In this document: in pieces, positions 9,511-22,892 of the stretch | Layout: every line of letters begins with the position of its first letter | Position numbering within the stretch: the first letter of the stretch is position 1 | Made by a program: the position numbers and the translations under genes | Notes under the pieces: model-generated | The model's database searches: none | What the model was told of the DNA's origin: nothing | What the model saw: the letters and a program-made list of their open reading frames with translations, nothing else | Origin: an uncultured Candidatus Saccharibacteria bacterium | GTDB taxonomy: Bacteria > Patescibacteriota > Saccharimonadia > Saccharimonadales > AWTP1-31 | Direction of reading: 5' to 3' | Length of the DNA stretch: 64,000 nucleotides | NCBI GenBank assembly: GCA_937903325.1 | Contig: CALCZR010000059.1 | Span: 151,547-215,546 of the forward strand

Positions 9511-10488
9511 CTAGCAGTTACTACGATACCAATCGATGGTTTCTTTGAGGCCGTCCCTAATGACAAATGGTTCGAAGTCGATCAGCTTATACATCTTACT
9601 GACATCCAGTGACCGAGCTTTGACGCCAATAGGTTTTGTCTTGTCTAGGGTCACAGCATTCTTGGCGTCGTACTCATCAGATATGTAGGTAGCCAGATCC
9701 AGGATAGAAACCTGGTCTTTGGTGGCAATGTTCAAGGCTTCCGGCTTTTTCTTTTCGATCATCTGCAGCGTGGCAAAGACAAGGTCCTTAACATAAATAA
9801 AGCTGCGAGTTTGTTTACCATCACCCCAAATTTCAATGTTTTCACCGTCTGCTACCTTACGAATCATGCTCGGTATAACTCGGTTATTGTTTGCACTGAA
9901 GTTGTCTCGAGGTCCGTAGACATTGGTAGGTCGGGGAATGTAGATCTGCATACCGTATTGGTTGTGGTGTAGTTCGGCCAAGATCTCGGTGAAGACCTTA
10001 GAAAGCACGTAGCCATTTTTAGTGTAGTCCAGGTATTTATGGTAATCGTCGGCTTCGGTAATTTCACCCGGAGCATCTGGTGAGTAAATCTCGGCAGAGC
10101 TCAGCAGAACGACGTCCGTAATGCCATTGGTTCGACAGCTGTTTAATACATTGGATACTAGGCGGTTATTGGTATCAAGGATCTCTGCGGCGTAGGTAAG
10201 TTTGTATTCGGTATTACCATCGAGTGCGGCGCAGTGGATAAAGCAATCAATCTTGGTGGCTGCATATCTGCAGACAGCCTCAATTTCATTGCGGTCAAGA
10301 ATATCTACCTGAATATAGCGGACGGTATCGGGGTGTCCATATGTTGGCAGTCCTTCTTTACTTGGCGTGCGGTACACACAAATAACATTAGCGCCAGCAT
10401 TGGCTAGTTCTTCGACAAAGTGAGACCCAATAAAGCCAAGTCCGCCAGACACCATAACGGTCTTACCCTTCCAGAACGATTTCTTCAC
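9511..10488 (-). CDS. NAD-dependent epimerase/dehydratase (SDR family)
   Basis: The N-terminal Rossmann motif reads KTVMVSGGLGFIGSHFVEEL, and a YxxxK region is present in the 325-aa product. Confidence 0.75.
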   Translation of the reverse strand: MKKSFWKGKTVMVSGGLGFIGSHFVEELANAGANVICVYRTPSKEGLPTYGHPDTVRYIQVDILDRNEIEAVCRYAATKIDCFIHCAALDGNTEYKLTYAAEILDTNNRLVSNVLNSCRTNGITDVVLLSSAEIYSPDAPGEITEADDYHKYLDYTKNGYVLSKVFTEILAELHHNQYGMQIYIPRPTNVYGPRDNFSANNNRVIPSMIRKVADGENIEIWGDGKQTRSFIYVKDLVFATLQMIEKKKPEALNIATKDQVSILDLATYISDEYDAKNAVTLDKTKPIGVKARSLDVSKMYKLIDFEPFVIRDGLKETIDWYRSNC

Positions 10489-10538
10489 TGTATTCTCCCG
10501 TTACTCATCTACGCTAATTGTAGCAAACCATATCCAGC

Positions 10539-11345
10539 TTATCCCATAAGCTGATGGAGTCTCACTGTTAGGTGCGCGCGTGCTGCTCGCGCTGCGCGTT
10601 GCCAGTCCATCTTTTTGAACCGTTTCGCGAAGCTATCGTACATTTCGTTTTCTTCTTCGAAACGCGTACCGGACTTCGCCTTACTGGAGAATGAGTTGGC
10701 TGAACGACGATACTGAAATGTCACAGCATTATCTATATATAGCGAGCCGCCACCACAGAATATTTCAAACTGGGTAATAAGGTCTTGGGTATTGGGGTGT
10801 TTCTCGCTGAACCCGTATTTGCGTAGTGTTGATACCTTCCACATGAGTGAAGGGAAGTACGTCCAGTTGCCATGACAAAGTGAAGCAACAATCTTTTCAC
10901 CCTCGTGTATGCCTGCACGTCTTGGTCGTAGCAATTTCTTTATGCGGTCGGTAGTTGGCAGGTAAACGTTGTCATTCTCGTCGATAACATTAACTCCAGG
11001 CTGGTAGTAGTCGGCGGTACCAATATTTTTGAGTGCGGTTTCGACATATGTCGGTAGCATGATGTCGTCGCAGCCCATAATGACGCAGTACGGTGCGGTA
11101 GCTTTACTAACAGCGTAGTTGTAGTTCTTTACGAGACCTTGATTCTTTTTGTGCCGGTAATAACTGACACGCTTATCCGGGAACTTAGCATAGTACTGCT
11201 CGGCTTCCTTTGAAGGATAACAGTCATCTACGATGAGTAGTCGCCAGTTTTGTTCGGTTTGGCTCAGTACCGAATCCACGGCCTTCTTAAGAAGCGCAAA
11301 ATCTCCCCAGTACGGTAGTAGTATGTCTATCTTTGCTTTGCTCAT
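10539..11345 (-). CDS. Family 2 glycosyltransferase
   Basis: ILLPYWGDFALLKKAVDSVLSQT...LLIVDDCYP matches the GT2 N-terminal pattern. Confidence 0.7.
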   Translation of the reverse strand: MSKAKIDILLPYWGDFALLKKAVDSVLSQTEQNWRLLIVDDCYPSKEAEQYYAKFPDKRVSYYRHKKNQGLVKNYNYAVSKATAPYCVIMGCDDIMLPTYVETALKNIGTADYYQPGVNVIDENDNVYLPTTDRIKKLLRPRRAGIHEGEKIVASLCHGNWTYFPSLMWKVSTLRKYGFSEKHPNTQDLITQFEIFCGGGSLYIDNAVTFQYRRSANSFSSKAKSGTRFEEENEMYDSFAKRFKKMDWQRAARAARAHLTVRLHQLMG

Positions 11346-11400
11346 TATCTTGCTGCATTATAACAAAACTGCTCTGGTTAAACAGGGCGACTCTGCTAGA

Positions 11401-12096
11401 ATGAACGTAATGAGTACAAGCAACGTTGCGATAATCATTCCGGTGTATAACGAGGGCAAGGTCATCGCAAGTGTGGTTAAAAACGTACTAAAGCAATTCG
11501 ACTTTGTTGTTTGCGTTAACGACGGTAGCAAGGATAACTCCGAGTCTGAGATTGCTAAAACCAAAGCCCGGCTGGTTAATCATCCTGTTAACATGGGGCA
11601 AGGCGCAGCTCTGCAAACGGGGATAGAATATGCCCTGCAGTTTCCGCAAATTGAATACTTTGTAACCTTCGATGCAGATGGTCAGCACAGCCTAGCGGAT
11701 GCTCAGAAGATGCTGCAGTACCTGCAGAAGAATAAAGTAGATGTTGTACTGGGTTCCCGTTTCCTCGGCACCGCCAAGAACATGAGTAAACTCAAAAAAG
11801 TCATTCTCAAACTAGCCGTACGCTTCTCAAACGCAACTTCCGGCATTAAGCTCACTGACACGCACAACGGTCTCCGTGTGTTTAACAGAAAGTTTGCGGA
11901 GATTATTAATATAACCCAGTCTGACATGTCGCACGCCTCTGAGATTATCCAGCGCATTGCTGAAACTAAAACCCCCTTTAAGGAGCTGCCAGTTACGATT
12001 ACCTACACGGACTACACGGTTGCTAAAAGTCATAACCCGAACCTCAATGCCGTTAACATTGTCTTTGATACGTTGCTCAGAAAGTTGGTTAAATGA
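11401..12096 (+). CDS. GT2 polyprenol-phosphate glycosyltransferase (DPM1/ArnC/GtrB-like)
   Basis: The motifs IIIPVYNEGKVIASVV...VNDGSKDNS...FDADGQH match GT2. The start was placed at the internal ATG at 11401 because the longer ORF from 11233 overlaps the divergent upstream gene. Confidence 0.7.
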   Translation: MNVMSTSNVAIIIPVYNEGKVIASVVKNVLKQFDFVVCVNDGSKDNSESEIAKTKARLVNHPVNMGQGAALQTGIEYALQFPQIEYFVTFDADGQHSLADAQKMLQYLQKNKVDVVLGSRFLGTAKNMSKLKKVILKLAVRFSNATSGIKLTDTHNGLRVFNRKFAEIINITQSDMSHASEIIQRIAETKTPFKELPVTITYTDYTVAKSHNPNLNAVNIVFDTLLRKLVK

Positions 12097-12443
12097 TCCT
12101 CATTCAAATACTGCTCGTTATAGTATTTGCGCTGCTCCTCATGCGAGTGCTGGTTAGTCCAAACAGCAGCCGGATTAAGGCATGGAAGAAGATTATTGCT
12201 TGCTTATTTGCGGTGTTCGCCGTTGTTGCGGTACTCTTCCCGGAGATCCTCGACGACCTGGCTCATGAAGTGGGTGTCGGGCGTGGCGCTGACCTACTGC
12301 TCTACTTACTCTGTGTCGCGTTCCTGTCATACGTTCTTAACCAGTATCTCCGCACCAAAGACGATGAATACCAGATCCACAAGCTAGCTCGTAAGATTGC
12401 ACTGCTTGAAGCAGAGCTCAAGACCAAAGCCGAAAAGAAGTAG
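12093..12443 (+). CDS. Small membrane protein, DUF2304-like partner of polyprenol-phosphate GT
   Basis: The gene has an ATGA overlap with the upstream GT2. It encodes two or three TM helices plus a C-terminal coiled coil, the arrangement typical of DUF2304 proteins found beside GtrB-like GTs. Confidence 0.5.
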   Translation: MILIQILLVIVFALLLMRVLVSPNSSRIKAWKKIIACLFAVFAVVAVLFPEILDDLAHEVGVGRGADLLLYLLCVAFLSYVLNQYLRTKDDEYQIHKLARKIALLEAELKTKAEKK

Positions 12444-12445
12444 GA

Positions 12446-13195
12446 CTACTTCCGCTTAGTAAGATGCTGCACACGAATCTGCGGTACAAGTACTAAGTTC
12501 TTAATGAGTGTACTCTTGGGAATTTTGGATTGGCCGTGCTGGCGGTCGGTAAATACAATGGGTATTTCTGAGAACGTGCGTGCATTCTGGAGGGCTTTGA
12601 ACTTAAGTTCAATAAGGAATCCGTATCCGGTTGCCCGAAGCTTATCCAGCTCGATAGCTTTAAGTAGCTTAGCGGAGTACATATTAAAGCCCCCCGTATA
12701 GTCAGTAACTTTCTGGCTTAAGAACGTACGAGCATAGAAGTTTCCGTAACGGCTGAGCAGCCGGCGGTGTAGTGGCCAGTCGGGTGTATCGCCACCCTTA
12801 ATGTAACGAGAGGCTACAACGAAATCGGTTTTTTCCTTGGCGGCTTTTACAAACGCAGGCAAGTAGGCAGGGTTATGAGACAGGTCGGCATCCATTTGCA
12901 ACACGTAATCCACGCCAGCGTTGAGCAAGTTCTTGAAGCCGGCAACACAGGCCCTGCCAAAGCCATCTTTTTCAGCACGTCTGTGAACGGTAACGGTGAA
13001 GGTTTTACGGTTCAGTTTCTTAGCTGCCTTCTCGACAATATCTGCCGTACCGTCTGGTGAATTGTCATCCACAACTACCACGGTTGTATCCAGGCCTGAG
13101 GTGTCTGCCAGAGCTTCAGAAATCTGGGTCAACAGAATAGCTATGTTGGTTGCTTCGTTGTATGTTGGTATCGATATGCCTAGTTTCATTAACAA
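12446..13195 (-). CDS. Polyprenol-monophosphate mannose/glycose synthase (DPM1-like GT2)
   Basis: ISIPTYNEATNI...VVVVDDNSPDGT...LQMDADLSHNP is the classical Ppm1/Dpm1 catalytic-domain motif set. Confidence 0.75.
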   Translation of the reverse strand: MLMKLGISIPTYNEATNIAILLTQISEALADTSGLDTTVVVVDDNSPDGTADIVEKAAKKLNRKTFTVTVHRRAEKDGFGRACVAGFKNLLNAGVDYVLQMDADLSHNPAYLPAFVKAAKEKTDFVVASRYIKGGDTPDWPLHRRLLSRYGNFYARTFLSQKVTDYTGGFNMYSAKLLKAIELDKLRATGYGFLIELKFKALQNARTFSEIPIVFTDRQHGQSKIPKSTLIKNLVLVPQIRVQHLTKRK

Positions 13196-13237
13196 ATTAT
13201 CCTGTTCGTTTTAGGTGTATTCCGCTATGGTTAGAGT

Positions 13238-13741
13238 ATGCTCCAAAAACTATGGAACCTCAAGGTTGTGCGCTTTCTGTGTGTTGGTGTTTGTAACACG
13301 TTACTTGATTTTATCATGCTCAATATTTTTGCATTTGTGATTGGTCTTCCCGTGCTGGTCGCCAACTTACTGTCGGTCTGTATTGGTGTCTCACTGTCTT
13401 ACTACCTCAACCACCACATCGTTTTTAGGCACACATATCCAGTGACCGCTAAGGCATATGCCAAGTTCTTTTTAATCACCGGCATCAGTATTCTGTGTAT
13501 ACAGACTGCCGTCATCTACCTTACAAGTCCCGTTATTAGTCATGAGCTCGGCATACTAGCAGCGAAGCTTCGATTCACAACTCGCCTTATCGAAGCCCAC
13601 GACGGACAACTCACCGTCAACATCGCCAAGGCTCTCGCTGTCCTTGTCGGAATGGTTTGGAACTACATACTATATAACAAGATCGTCTTTACTAAGGCTG
13701 GTAGTGAAGTTGTAGATCCCAAAGATAATCTACGGGAATAG
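13238..13741 (+). CDS. GtrA-family membrane protein (polyprenol-P-sugar flippase subunit)
   Basis: The N-terminus VRFLCVGVCNTLLDFIMLNIF and a length of 167 aa with three or four TM helices match GtrA. The gene sits next to a DPM1-like synthase. Confidence 0.6.
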   Translation: MLQKLWNLKVVRFLCVGVCNTLLDFIMLNIFAFVIGLPVLVANLLSVCIGVSLSYYLNHHIVFRHTYPVTAKAYAKFFLITGISILCIQTAVIYLTSPVISHELGILAAKLRFTTRLIEAHDGQLTVNIAKALAVLVGMVWNYILYNKIVFTKAGSEVVDPKDNLRE

Positions 13742-13742
13742 G

Positions 13743-15062
13743 TTACTTTTTCGGTTTTAGGGTGATAGAAAATCCAACCGGATTCTCGGGCATTACTACC
13801 GTCTCAGTATTTCCCTTTGTCTGTATCTTTTGTACACCTTCACGGTAGGCTTGCCTAAAGTCCTGGAAGTTTTTGTTTATGACAAGGCTTCGTGTTTGCA
13901 CGGATGTCAGGAGTCCAAAGATAATGTAGCTAGCTAGTGCCGGGTAGCGCGTAGAAGGTCGTAAATACTCAAAGCTGAACTTTGCGAACATGATGTACAA
14001 GCCAATTATCCCAAAGATAAAGTAGCGGTCTCCACCAGTTGCACCTGCCATGAAGGCGATAGCTTTGACGGGGCTCTCGGAGATTACGATCGGACTTTTA
14101 AGCGAGGCGGCAGTCATGAGGGCAAAGAAAAAGAGCAGATACCGCGTTTGCTTATTGGCAGAACGGAGGGCCAAAAGACTCAGCAGTATACAAAGCCCTA
14201 CGACAAGGCCGGCCATGATAGCGCCGCTGCGCCCACTACGTAGTGCATAGTCCAATCGACCAAAACGTAGTGCTGGCATGACTATTTGGTTGTAGATTTC
14301 CAGGACGGTGTATTGGGAAGTGAGCAGTGCCTTGAATGTCACCACAGAACGTTCTGCGTGGGCCGTGAGGTAGGTGATGAGCTGCACGATACTGCCGAGT
14401 CCTGCAATGACAAGGTAGACATTGTTCTTAGCTTTAAATCGCCAACGCTCAAAGACCAAGATAGGGAGGTAGAAGAACGCAAAGGGCAGGGTAAAGCATG
14501 ACAAAGCAAATAGCACGGCTTCTGCTATCCGGACACCTTTACGTTGAGACGGCTTAGCAATGACGAGCAGCACACCAATGATACCGAGTAGGAATATGGA
14601 GTTAGAAAAGTTAAAGAAAAACTCTTCGACATTAGCGATTAAACACAGTGCCAACATAACGAACAATCTTTGGTAGGTGCCCTCGAGAATCTTGGTGCGA
14701 TTACTGAACAAGTACCACACAGTGACACAGAACAATACCAGCGCTGCTATGTTAAACAGAAAAGGAGCAAACTGCAGTGGCAGCTGCGCCATGACGAGAC
14801 CAAAGATACGCTCAGGCAAGTGGAAGAAGCCATTAAGGGGAGTTACGAGAGAACTGAGTCCTTTATTGTAGCCATCTGCCAGCCAGATAAAACCATCTTC
14901 GGCATACAGTTGAGGACGGGCGATATATTTCCAGGCGCGTGCAGTATACGCTAGACCAGTGATGACTACAGCAAGCCATGGATTGGCAATCCAACCTCTC
15001 AGTAGCTTGCGCTGGGGAGCGAATCGCTTAGACAAGTTTGTGGAGATATTCACCGTACCCAC
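13743..15062 (-). CDS. Polytopic membrane protein, possible GT-C-type glycosyltransferase
   Basis: The 439-aa protein has more than 10 TM helices and an acidic motif (YAEDGFIW) in the first loop. The start is uncertain: the listed start is a GTG that overlaps the rfbA end by 35 nt. Confidence 0.4.
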   Translation of the reverse strand: MGTVNISTNLSKRFAPQRKLLRGWIANPWLAVVITGLAYTARAWKYIARPQLYAEDGFIWLADGYNKGLSSLVTPLNGFFHLPERIFGLVMAQLPLQFAPFLFNIAALVLFCVTVWYLFSNRTKILEGTYQRLFVMLALCLIANVEEFFFNFSNSIFLLGIIGVLLVIAKPSQRKGVRIAEAVLFALSCFTLPFAFFYLPILVFERWRFKAKNNVYLVIAGLGSIVQLITYLTAHAERSVVTFKALLTSQYTVLEIYNQIVMPALRFGRLDYALRSGRSGAIMAGLVVGLCILLSLLALRSANKQTRYLLFFFALMTAASLKSPIVISESPVKAIAFMAGATGGDRYFIFGIIGLYIMFAKFSFEYLRPSTRYPALASYIIFGLLTSVQTRSLVINKNFQDFRQAYREGVQKIQTKGNTETVVMPENPVGFSITLKPKK

Positions 15063-15885
15063 TCTTCTTTAGCTCCTCTGCAATCTGCGTCAACTCTTCT
15101 TTTGTTATCCAGCCATTGCGGTAGGCAATCTCTTCGATGCAACCGACCTTAATACCTTGGCGTTCTTCAATGACTTGTACGAACTGACTAGCTTGGTTCA
15201 TGCTGGCAAAGGTGCCGGTATCAAGCCATGCAGTACCGCGGTCAAGCAAGCAGACTTTGAGCTTTCCTTCTTGCAGGTAGGCATCCAAGACTGAGGTAAT
15301 CTCAACTTCCCCACGCTCACTTGGCTGTACATTCTTGGCGATCTCTACGACATTGTTATCGCAGAAATATAGTCCAGCATTAGCGTAGTTAGACTTGGGG
15401 TGTTCTGGCTTTTCTTCAATGGACAGAACATTCATTTGCTCGTCGAATTCATAGACGCCGTAACGTTCGGGGTCGGCAACCGGAGCGGCAAAACCTACGG
15501 CGCCATCTATATCGGTAAAGCTTTGTAGCTGCTGGTCCATCTGTGAACCATAGAAGATGTTATCGCCAAGAATCATGGCTACTTTGTCGTCACCAATAAA
15601 TTCAGCACCAATAATAAAGGCCTGAGCTAGTCCACCTGGTGTAGGTTGTGCTTCGTAGGACAGGCTAATGCCAAGCTCTGAACCATCGCCAAGCAAGTTT
15701 TTAAACTGCTCCTGGTCATGTGGTGTAGTAATAATAAGAATCTCACGAATACCAGCGCTCATGAGAGTGCTCAGCGGGTAGTAGATCATAGGCTTGTCGT
15801 AGAGTGGTACAAGCTGTTTAGAGATGGCCTTAGTAATAGGGTAGAGACGTGTTCCGGTACCGCCGGCGAGAATTATGCCCTTCAT
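15028..15885 (-). CDS. rfbA: Glucose-1-phosphate thymidylyltransferase
   Basis: [39 protein letters not shown] is nearly identical to the RmlA N-terminus. Confidence 0.95.
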   Translation of the reverse strand: MKGIILAGGTGTRLYPITKAISKQLVPLYDKPMIYYPLSTLMSAGIREILIITTPHDQEQFKNLLGDGSELGISLSYEAQPTPGGLAQAFIIGAEFIGDDKVAMILGDNIFYGSQMDQQLQSFTDIDGAVGFAAPVADPERYGVYEFDEQMNVLSIEEKPEHPKSNYANAGLYFCDNNVVEIAKNVQPSERGEVEITSVLDAYLQEGKLKVCLLDRGTAWLDTGTFASMNQASQFVQVIEERQGIKVGCIEEIAYRNGWITKEELTQIAEELKKSGYGEYLHKLV

Positions 15886-16736
15886 TTGTTCTGCTCCTTT
15901 TGAATGTACTTAGCTAAATCTTCTTTCCAATCAACTGATGTAAAGCCAGTGGCCTGAATCTTCCCAAGATCGAGGGTGCTTTGCAGTGGCCGTAGTGCGA
16001 TACCTTCTTTGCTGGCAAAGTATTCGGCAGTAGTCGTATTAGTGACGGTGTTGTCGACACCCGCTAGCTTGAAGATCTCACGCGTAACATCTGCCCAACT
16101 TACCACATTACCGTCGTTAGTCAGGTTGTATGTACCGAACGGTGCTTTGGTAGTAAGTAGATGGTCAATGGCCCGGACAAGTTCACTGGTAAATGTTAGT
16201 CGACCGATTTGGTCATGCACAACACTTGGGTTTACGCCTTTCTCGGCGAGCCCCAGCATGGTGCGGACAAAGTTTTTACCTTCACCAATAACCCAGCTAG
16301 TACGCAAGATGTAGTGCTGATCTAACTGACCAACTAACAAGTCGCCGGCAGCCTTGCTCGCCCCATAGACTGAAAGGGGGCTAAAGTTCTCATCTTCTGT
16401 GTGTGAGGTTTGCGTACCGTCAAAAACGTAGTCAGTAGAGATGTGGATGACGGTCAGATTATTATGCCACGCAGAGTGAATCAGGTTTGCTGCACCACGA
16501 GCGTTAACTCTCCACGCTGCAATACGTCCTTCTGGCGTCTCGGCACCGTCTACATTGGTATAGCCAGCGGCGTTAATAATAACTTTTGTCTTACTCCAGT
16601 CGAAACTATTAACCGCATCCAAGTCAGTAATATCGAGCTCTTCACTATCGACAGCCCGTGCGCCTGGATACTGTGCTTGCAAAGCAGTTCCGAGTTGCCC
16701 ACCTGCACCAACAATGAGGATCTGTGAATCATCCAT
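15882..16736 (-). CDS. rfbD: dTDP-4-dehydrorhamnose reductase
   Basis: [14 protein letters not shown]...ISTDYVF is RmlD-like, and the 284-aa ORF overlaps rfbA by 4 nt. Confidence 0.85.
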   Translation of the reverse strand: MDDSQILIVGAGGQLGTALQAQYPGARAVDSEELDITDLDAVNSFDWSKTKVIINAAGYTNVDGAETPEGRIAAWRVNARGAANLIHSAWHNNLTVIHISTDYVFDGTQTSHTEDENFSPLSVYGASKAAGDLLVGQLDQHYILRTSWVIGEGKNFVRTMLGLAEKGVNPSVVHDQIGRLTFTSELVRAIDHLLTTKAPFGTYNLTNDGNVVSWADVTREIFKLAGVDNTVTNTTTAEYFASKEGIALRPLQSTLDLGKIQATGFTSVDWKEDLAKYIQKEQNK

Positions 16737-16739
16737 AGG

Positions 16740-17287
16740 TTACAGCTCTTTTAGGGTTGGGTTATTACGATCTTTCTCGGACAGTATCATCCCCTCCCCA
16801 TCTTTAATTGGCCAGTCAATGTTAAGTTCTGGATCAAGGGGGTTGCATGCTATACCGGGCATATCAGGACGCCATTCTTGCTCGAAGTAGTATAGGTACA
16901 CAGACGGTTCGTCACTTACGGATTGGAATGAATTGCCAAGGCCTTTACTGACAAATAGCCCGTTGCCGCGAGTAAGCTCAAAGCCTTCCCACTTACCATA
17001 TGTGGAAGAGTCTTTTCGAAGGTCAACAATTACAGCGTATACCTTGCCACTGGCAACAGACACAAGCTTGTGGGCAAACTCTGCGTGAATGCCACGGAGC
17101 CCGCCTTTTACGGTCATTGGAGCATTAACGTGCGGACGTTCTCCTAACGTAGGCAGGCCGGAGGCTGCGAATTCTGACTGACGGTAGAACTCCATGACCG
17201 AGCCACGATCATCCTCAAATAGCTTGAACTTGACGGAGAATAATCCTTCAATGCTTGTAGGTGTAGTTTCAAAAGTCGTTTGGTTCA

Positions 17288-17288
<1 letters not shown>
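16740..17288 (-). CDS. rfbC: dTDP-4-dehydrorhamnose 3,5-epimerase
   Basis: The RmlC cupin motifs DDRGSVMEF...GGLRGIHAE...KLVSVASGKVYAVIVDLRKDSSTYGKW are present. Confidence 0.85.
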
Positions 17289-19656
<2,368 letters not shown>

Positions 19657-19759
19657 TGTTATCCTCCGTTACCAGTATACGCTGACAAGCTAAACATAGT
19701 GTTGTGTAATCTGTGGTATGTGGTGAAAAACAATAGGTTTGTTGCTGTCCAAAGTCTGT

Positions 19760-20758
19760 TTAGATTTTAGACTTTTGTGCCCAGACCCAAGCATCTCTGA
19801 CGGCATCCTCGGTAGTTTTAGTAGCGTGCCAGTCAAGTTCTTGCTGTGCTTTATCGGCGATAGCGTAGTAGGCAGTGGGATCACCGGCACGTCGCTCACC
19901 TAAGACACGTGGAACGGTTACATTATTGACTTTCTCAAACGAGCGGATAAGTTCCAAGACGCTGGTAGGGTTACCAGTTCCAATATTGTATATGTGGAAC
20001 CCTGCTTTGCCGTGATCCAGAGCTGCGACATGAGCCTTGGCTAGGTCTACCACATGGATATAGTCGCGCAAACAAGTGCCGTCCGGCGTAGGATAGTCAG
20101 TGCCGTATACCGTAAGTGGCGGAATCTTACCAGTTGTTGCCTGTACGATAATAGGCAACAGGTTTTGTGGCTTGCCCTTGGGCAGCTCACCAATCTTGGC
20201 TGATTCGTGGCCGCCCACAACATTGAAATAGCGAAGCGCTGTTCCGGATATCTCCGGATTGGCAGCACATAGGTCACGCAGTACAATCTCATTCATGTAC
20301 TTCGACCAACCATATGGTGACTCGGGGGCACAGGGAGTTTCTTCAGTGACGGTGTCACTAGGTGGATTACCGTACACTGCAGCGGTAGACGAGAATATAA
20401 ACTGCCTAATGCCCGCTTGCTCGCTTGCCTGAAGCAACTGGATAAAGCCCGCAACATTATTGTCGTAATACTTAAGAGGGTCCAGAACTGATTCACCGAC
20501 GGCCTTAAAGGCAGCAAAGTGGATGATGGCATCAATAGATTCATCCTGGAATATACGCGTTAGCAGAGAAGTATCCTGGAAGTCACCTTCATAAAAGGTC
20601 GGCTTGGTGCCGGTAATTGCCGCAATTCCATCAAGCACAGACGTATCTGAGTTGCTCAGGTTATCCAGTAGTACCGGACGATACCCTGCATTTAGTAGCT
20701 CTACCGTCGTATGTGATCCGATGAATCCAAGCCCGCCCGTCACTAATACACTTTTCAT
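19760..20758 (-). CDS. galE: UDP-glucose 4-epimerase
   Basis: MKSVLVTGGLGFIGSHTTVELLNAGYRPVLLDNLSNS...HFAAFKAVGESV...FSSTAAVYG is GalE. The start was set at the internal ATG at 20758; the longest ORF (to 20983) adds 75 non-homologous residues. Confidence 0.85.
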   Translation of the reverse strand: MKSVLVTGGLGFIGSHTTVELLNAGYRPVLLDNLSNSDTSVLDGIAAITGTKPTFYEGDFQDTSLLTRIFQDESIDAIIHFAAFKAVGESVLDPLKYYDNNVAGFIQLLQASEQAGIRQFIFSSTAAVYGNPPSDTVTEETPCAPESPYGWSKYMNEIVLRDLCAANPEISGTALRYFNVVGGHESAKIGELPKGKPQNLLPIIVQATTGKIPPLTVYGTDYPTPDGTCLRDYIHVVDLAKAHVAALDHGKAGFHIYNIGTGNPTSVLELIRSFEKVNNVTVPRVLGERRAGDPTAYYAIADKAQQELDWHATKTTEDAVRDAWVWAQKSKI

Positions 20759-20816
20759 GGTCACTCCGTTTATACTTCTTATACTGCTACAATAAGAGCT
20801 GATAAAAGGGAAGTCA

Positions 20817-21797
20817 ATGAAGCTAGTCGTTGTATCTATTTGTAAGGATGAAGCCAAGACCATTGGTGAATTACTAGATAGAATACCGAGCAAAATACCG
20901 GGGATCACCACCATCGAAAAGTGGGTTATTGACGACGGGAGTACTGACCAGACCGCAGGCATAGCTCGTAAGCACGGTGCCAAGGTTCACGGCGGGGGGA
21001 TTAGTAAAAAGTTGGCGTTTCGATTTCGTGAAGCAGTAGACCTTGCACTTTCCCGCGATGCTGACGTGCTCGTTAATATTGACGGGGATCTACAGTTTGC
21101 ACCCGAAGATATTCCTCAGTTTGTAGCCCCTATCGTTGATGACACAGCCGATTTCGTTGCCGCAGACCGGTTTACTAACCCAACAACTGGCAGCCTGGAG
21201 CGCCCGGCTAATATGCCAGCCGGCAAGTATTACGGTAATAAGCTGGGAGCCTGGGTAACTGGAAAACTCAGTGGCCAGAAGTTTAACGATGTCACTTGTG
21301 GCTTCCGTGCATATAATCGACACGCTCTTGTAGCTATTAATACTAACGGTACGCATACCTATACTCAGGAAACATTCCAAGTCCTAGCCATGAAGCGTAT
21401 GCGTATCCAAGCTGTGCCTGTGCATGTTACCTACTATCCGGATCGGACCTCGCGAGTCGTAACTAGTATCCCGGCGTATGTGGCTTTGAGTGCACTCAAT
21501 ATTTTGCGATCGTACCGAGACTTTGCTCCACTGAGATTCTTTGGCTGGCTCGGTCTACTACCATCTCTTCTAGGCATTCCGTGTCTTATCTTTACAGTCA
21601 TTCACTGGTCTGCAACGGGCGAGCTTAGCCCATACAAATTCGTTGGCTTTCTGGGTGCCTACCTATTTACGCTGAGCCTGATCGTGTGGGCAATCGGGTT
21701 ACTTGCGGATATGCAGGTGCGTTTGCTCAACAACCAAGAAAAAATCTACGAGAGCATTAAAGATATTAAGTACCCACGTAATAAGGACAAGTCCTGA
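20817..21797 (+). CDS. GT2 polyprenol-phosphate glycosyltransferase with C-terminal TM helices
   Basis: VVSICKDEAKTI...WVIDDGSTDQT...NIDGDLQ followed by two C-terminal TM helices is the DPM1/GtrB-like architecture. An RBS (AAAAGGGAAG) lies upstream. Confidence 0.75.
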   Translation: MKLVVVSICKDEAKTIGELLDRIPSKIPGITTIEKWVIDDGSTDQTAGIARKHGAKVHGGGISKKLAFRFREAVDLALSRDADVLVNIDGDLQFAPEDIPQFVAPIVDDTADFVAADRFTNPTTGSLERPANMPAGKYYGNKLGAWVTGKLSGQKFNDVTCGFRAYNRHALVAINTNGTHTYTQETFQVLAMKRMRIQAVPVHVTYYPDRTSRVVTSIPAYVALSALNILRSYRDFAPLRFFGWLGLLPSLLGIPCLIFTVIHWSATGELSPYKFVGFLGAYLFTLSLIVWAIGLLADMQVRLLNNQEKIYESIKDIKYPRNKDKS

Positions 21798-21802
21798 GGC
21801 CG

Positions 21803-22888
21803 ATGAAGCGGATATTGTTTGTCACACGTTGTTTTCCACCATCCCCAGGTGGCATGGAGCGCTTTGCTAAAGATGTCTACGATGCGCTTAGTCCCAAAGC
21901 AGAACTCTATACCTACACATGGTCTGGTTCTCGCCTGGCTCTTTTTGTGGTACTGCCATACTTTTTTGTCCGCTCTTTCTGGACACTACTAACAAAGAAA
22001 GTGGATGTTATACATGCCCAGGACGGCGTGGTGTCTATTATGCTGCTGCCCCTGGCAAAACTGTTCCGTCGCCCAATGGTGGTGGTTATCCATGGGTTGG
22101 ACATAACCTACAGACTCTGGCTATTCCAAGTACTCATTAAATGGTCCCTTAAGAACGCTGACACCATTATTTGTATTAGTAGTGCAGCCAAGGCCGAGGT
22201 TGTGAGCCGAGGTGTGGATGAGCAAAAAACCACGGTTATCCCGATTGGCGTAACTGACGATCTGTTCGATTCAGACCACAAAGCGGCTCGTCGAAGTATT
22301 AGCGAAGTAGTAACAAACCTGGGTGACCACAAGCTCTTACTAAGCAGTGGCCGACTTATTGAGCGCAAGGGTCTGGCGTGGTTTGTGAGTAATGTTATGC
22401 CACTGGTGGTGGTCAGCCGTCCCGATACCATGCTGGTAATTAGTGGTGAAGGTCCATGGCGCGAGCCTATTGAGAAGGCTATACACGATACTGAGCTGTC
22501 GGATAAGGTTGTGTTACTCGGCAGGACAAGCGATGAACTACTAAAGAACCTTTATAATGCAGCTGACTGTTTTGTGATGCCCAATATTCCTGTTCCTGGA
22601 GATATGGAAGGATTTGGGCGAGTGCTCATTGAAGCTGCCCTGTGTGAGGTACCGGTGGTTGCGAGTGGTATAGAGGGCATTACCGATGCTATTCATGACG
22701 GTAAAAACGGTACATTAGTACCGGCCGAGAATCCCAAGCGGCACGCTCAGGCAATCTTAAAGGTGCTGGGTGATACTAAGGCACGACACACGGTAGGCGT
22801 AAAAGCTCGTGAGTATTCACTGCAAACTTTTGGCTGGGATGCAATCATTAGCCAATACCTACGAATATATGATGAAATAGGAAGATAA
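21803..22888 (+). CDS. GT4 (GT-B) glycosyltransferase
   Basis: The C-terminal EGFGRVLIEAALCEVPVVASGIEGITDAI matches the GT1/GT4 E-x7-E motif. Confidence 0.8.
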   Translation: MKRILFVTRCFPPSPGGMERFAKDVYDALSPKAELYTYTWSGSRLALFVVLPYFFVRSFWTLLTKKVDVIHAQDGVVSIMLLPLAKLFRRPMVVVIHGLDITYRLWLFQVLIKWSLKNADTIICISSAAKAEVVSRGVDEQKTTVIPIGVTDDLFDSDHKAARRSISEVVTNLGDHKLLLSSGRLIERKGLAWFVSNVMPLVVVSRPDTMLVISGEGPWREPIEKAIHDTELSDKVVLLGRTSDELLKNLYNAADCFVMPNIPVPGDMEGFGRVLIEAALCEVPVVASGIEGITDAIHDGKNGTLVPAENPKRHAQAILKVLGDTKARHTVGVKAREYSLQTFGWDAIISQYLRIYDEIGR

Positions 22889-22892
22889 AAAT

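Noticed and set aside
11233-11400. N-terminal extension of the GT2 gene (287-aa form)
   Set aside because: The extension overlaps the divergently transcribed 10539..11345 gene and encodes a non-homologous hydrophobic leader. The GT2 homology starts at the internal Met.
20759-20983. N-terminal 75-aa extension of galE (407-aa form)
   Set aside because: GalE homology begins exactly at the internal MKSVLVTGG. The extension would overlap the promoter and RBS region of the divergent 20817 gene.
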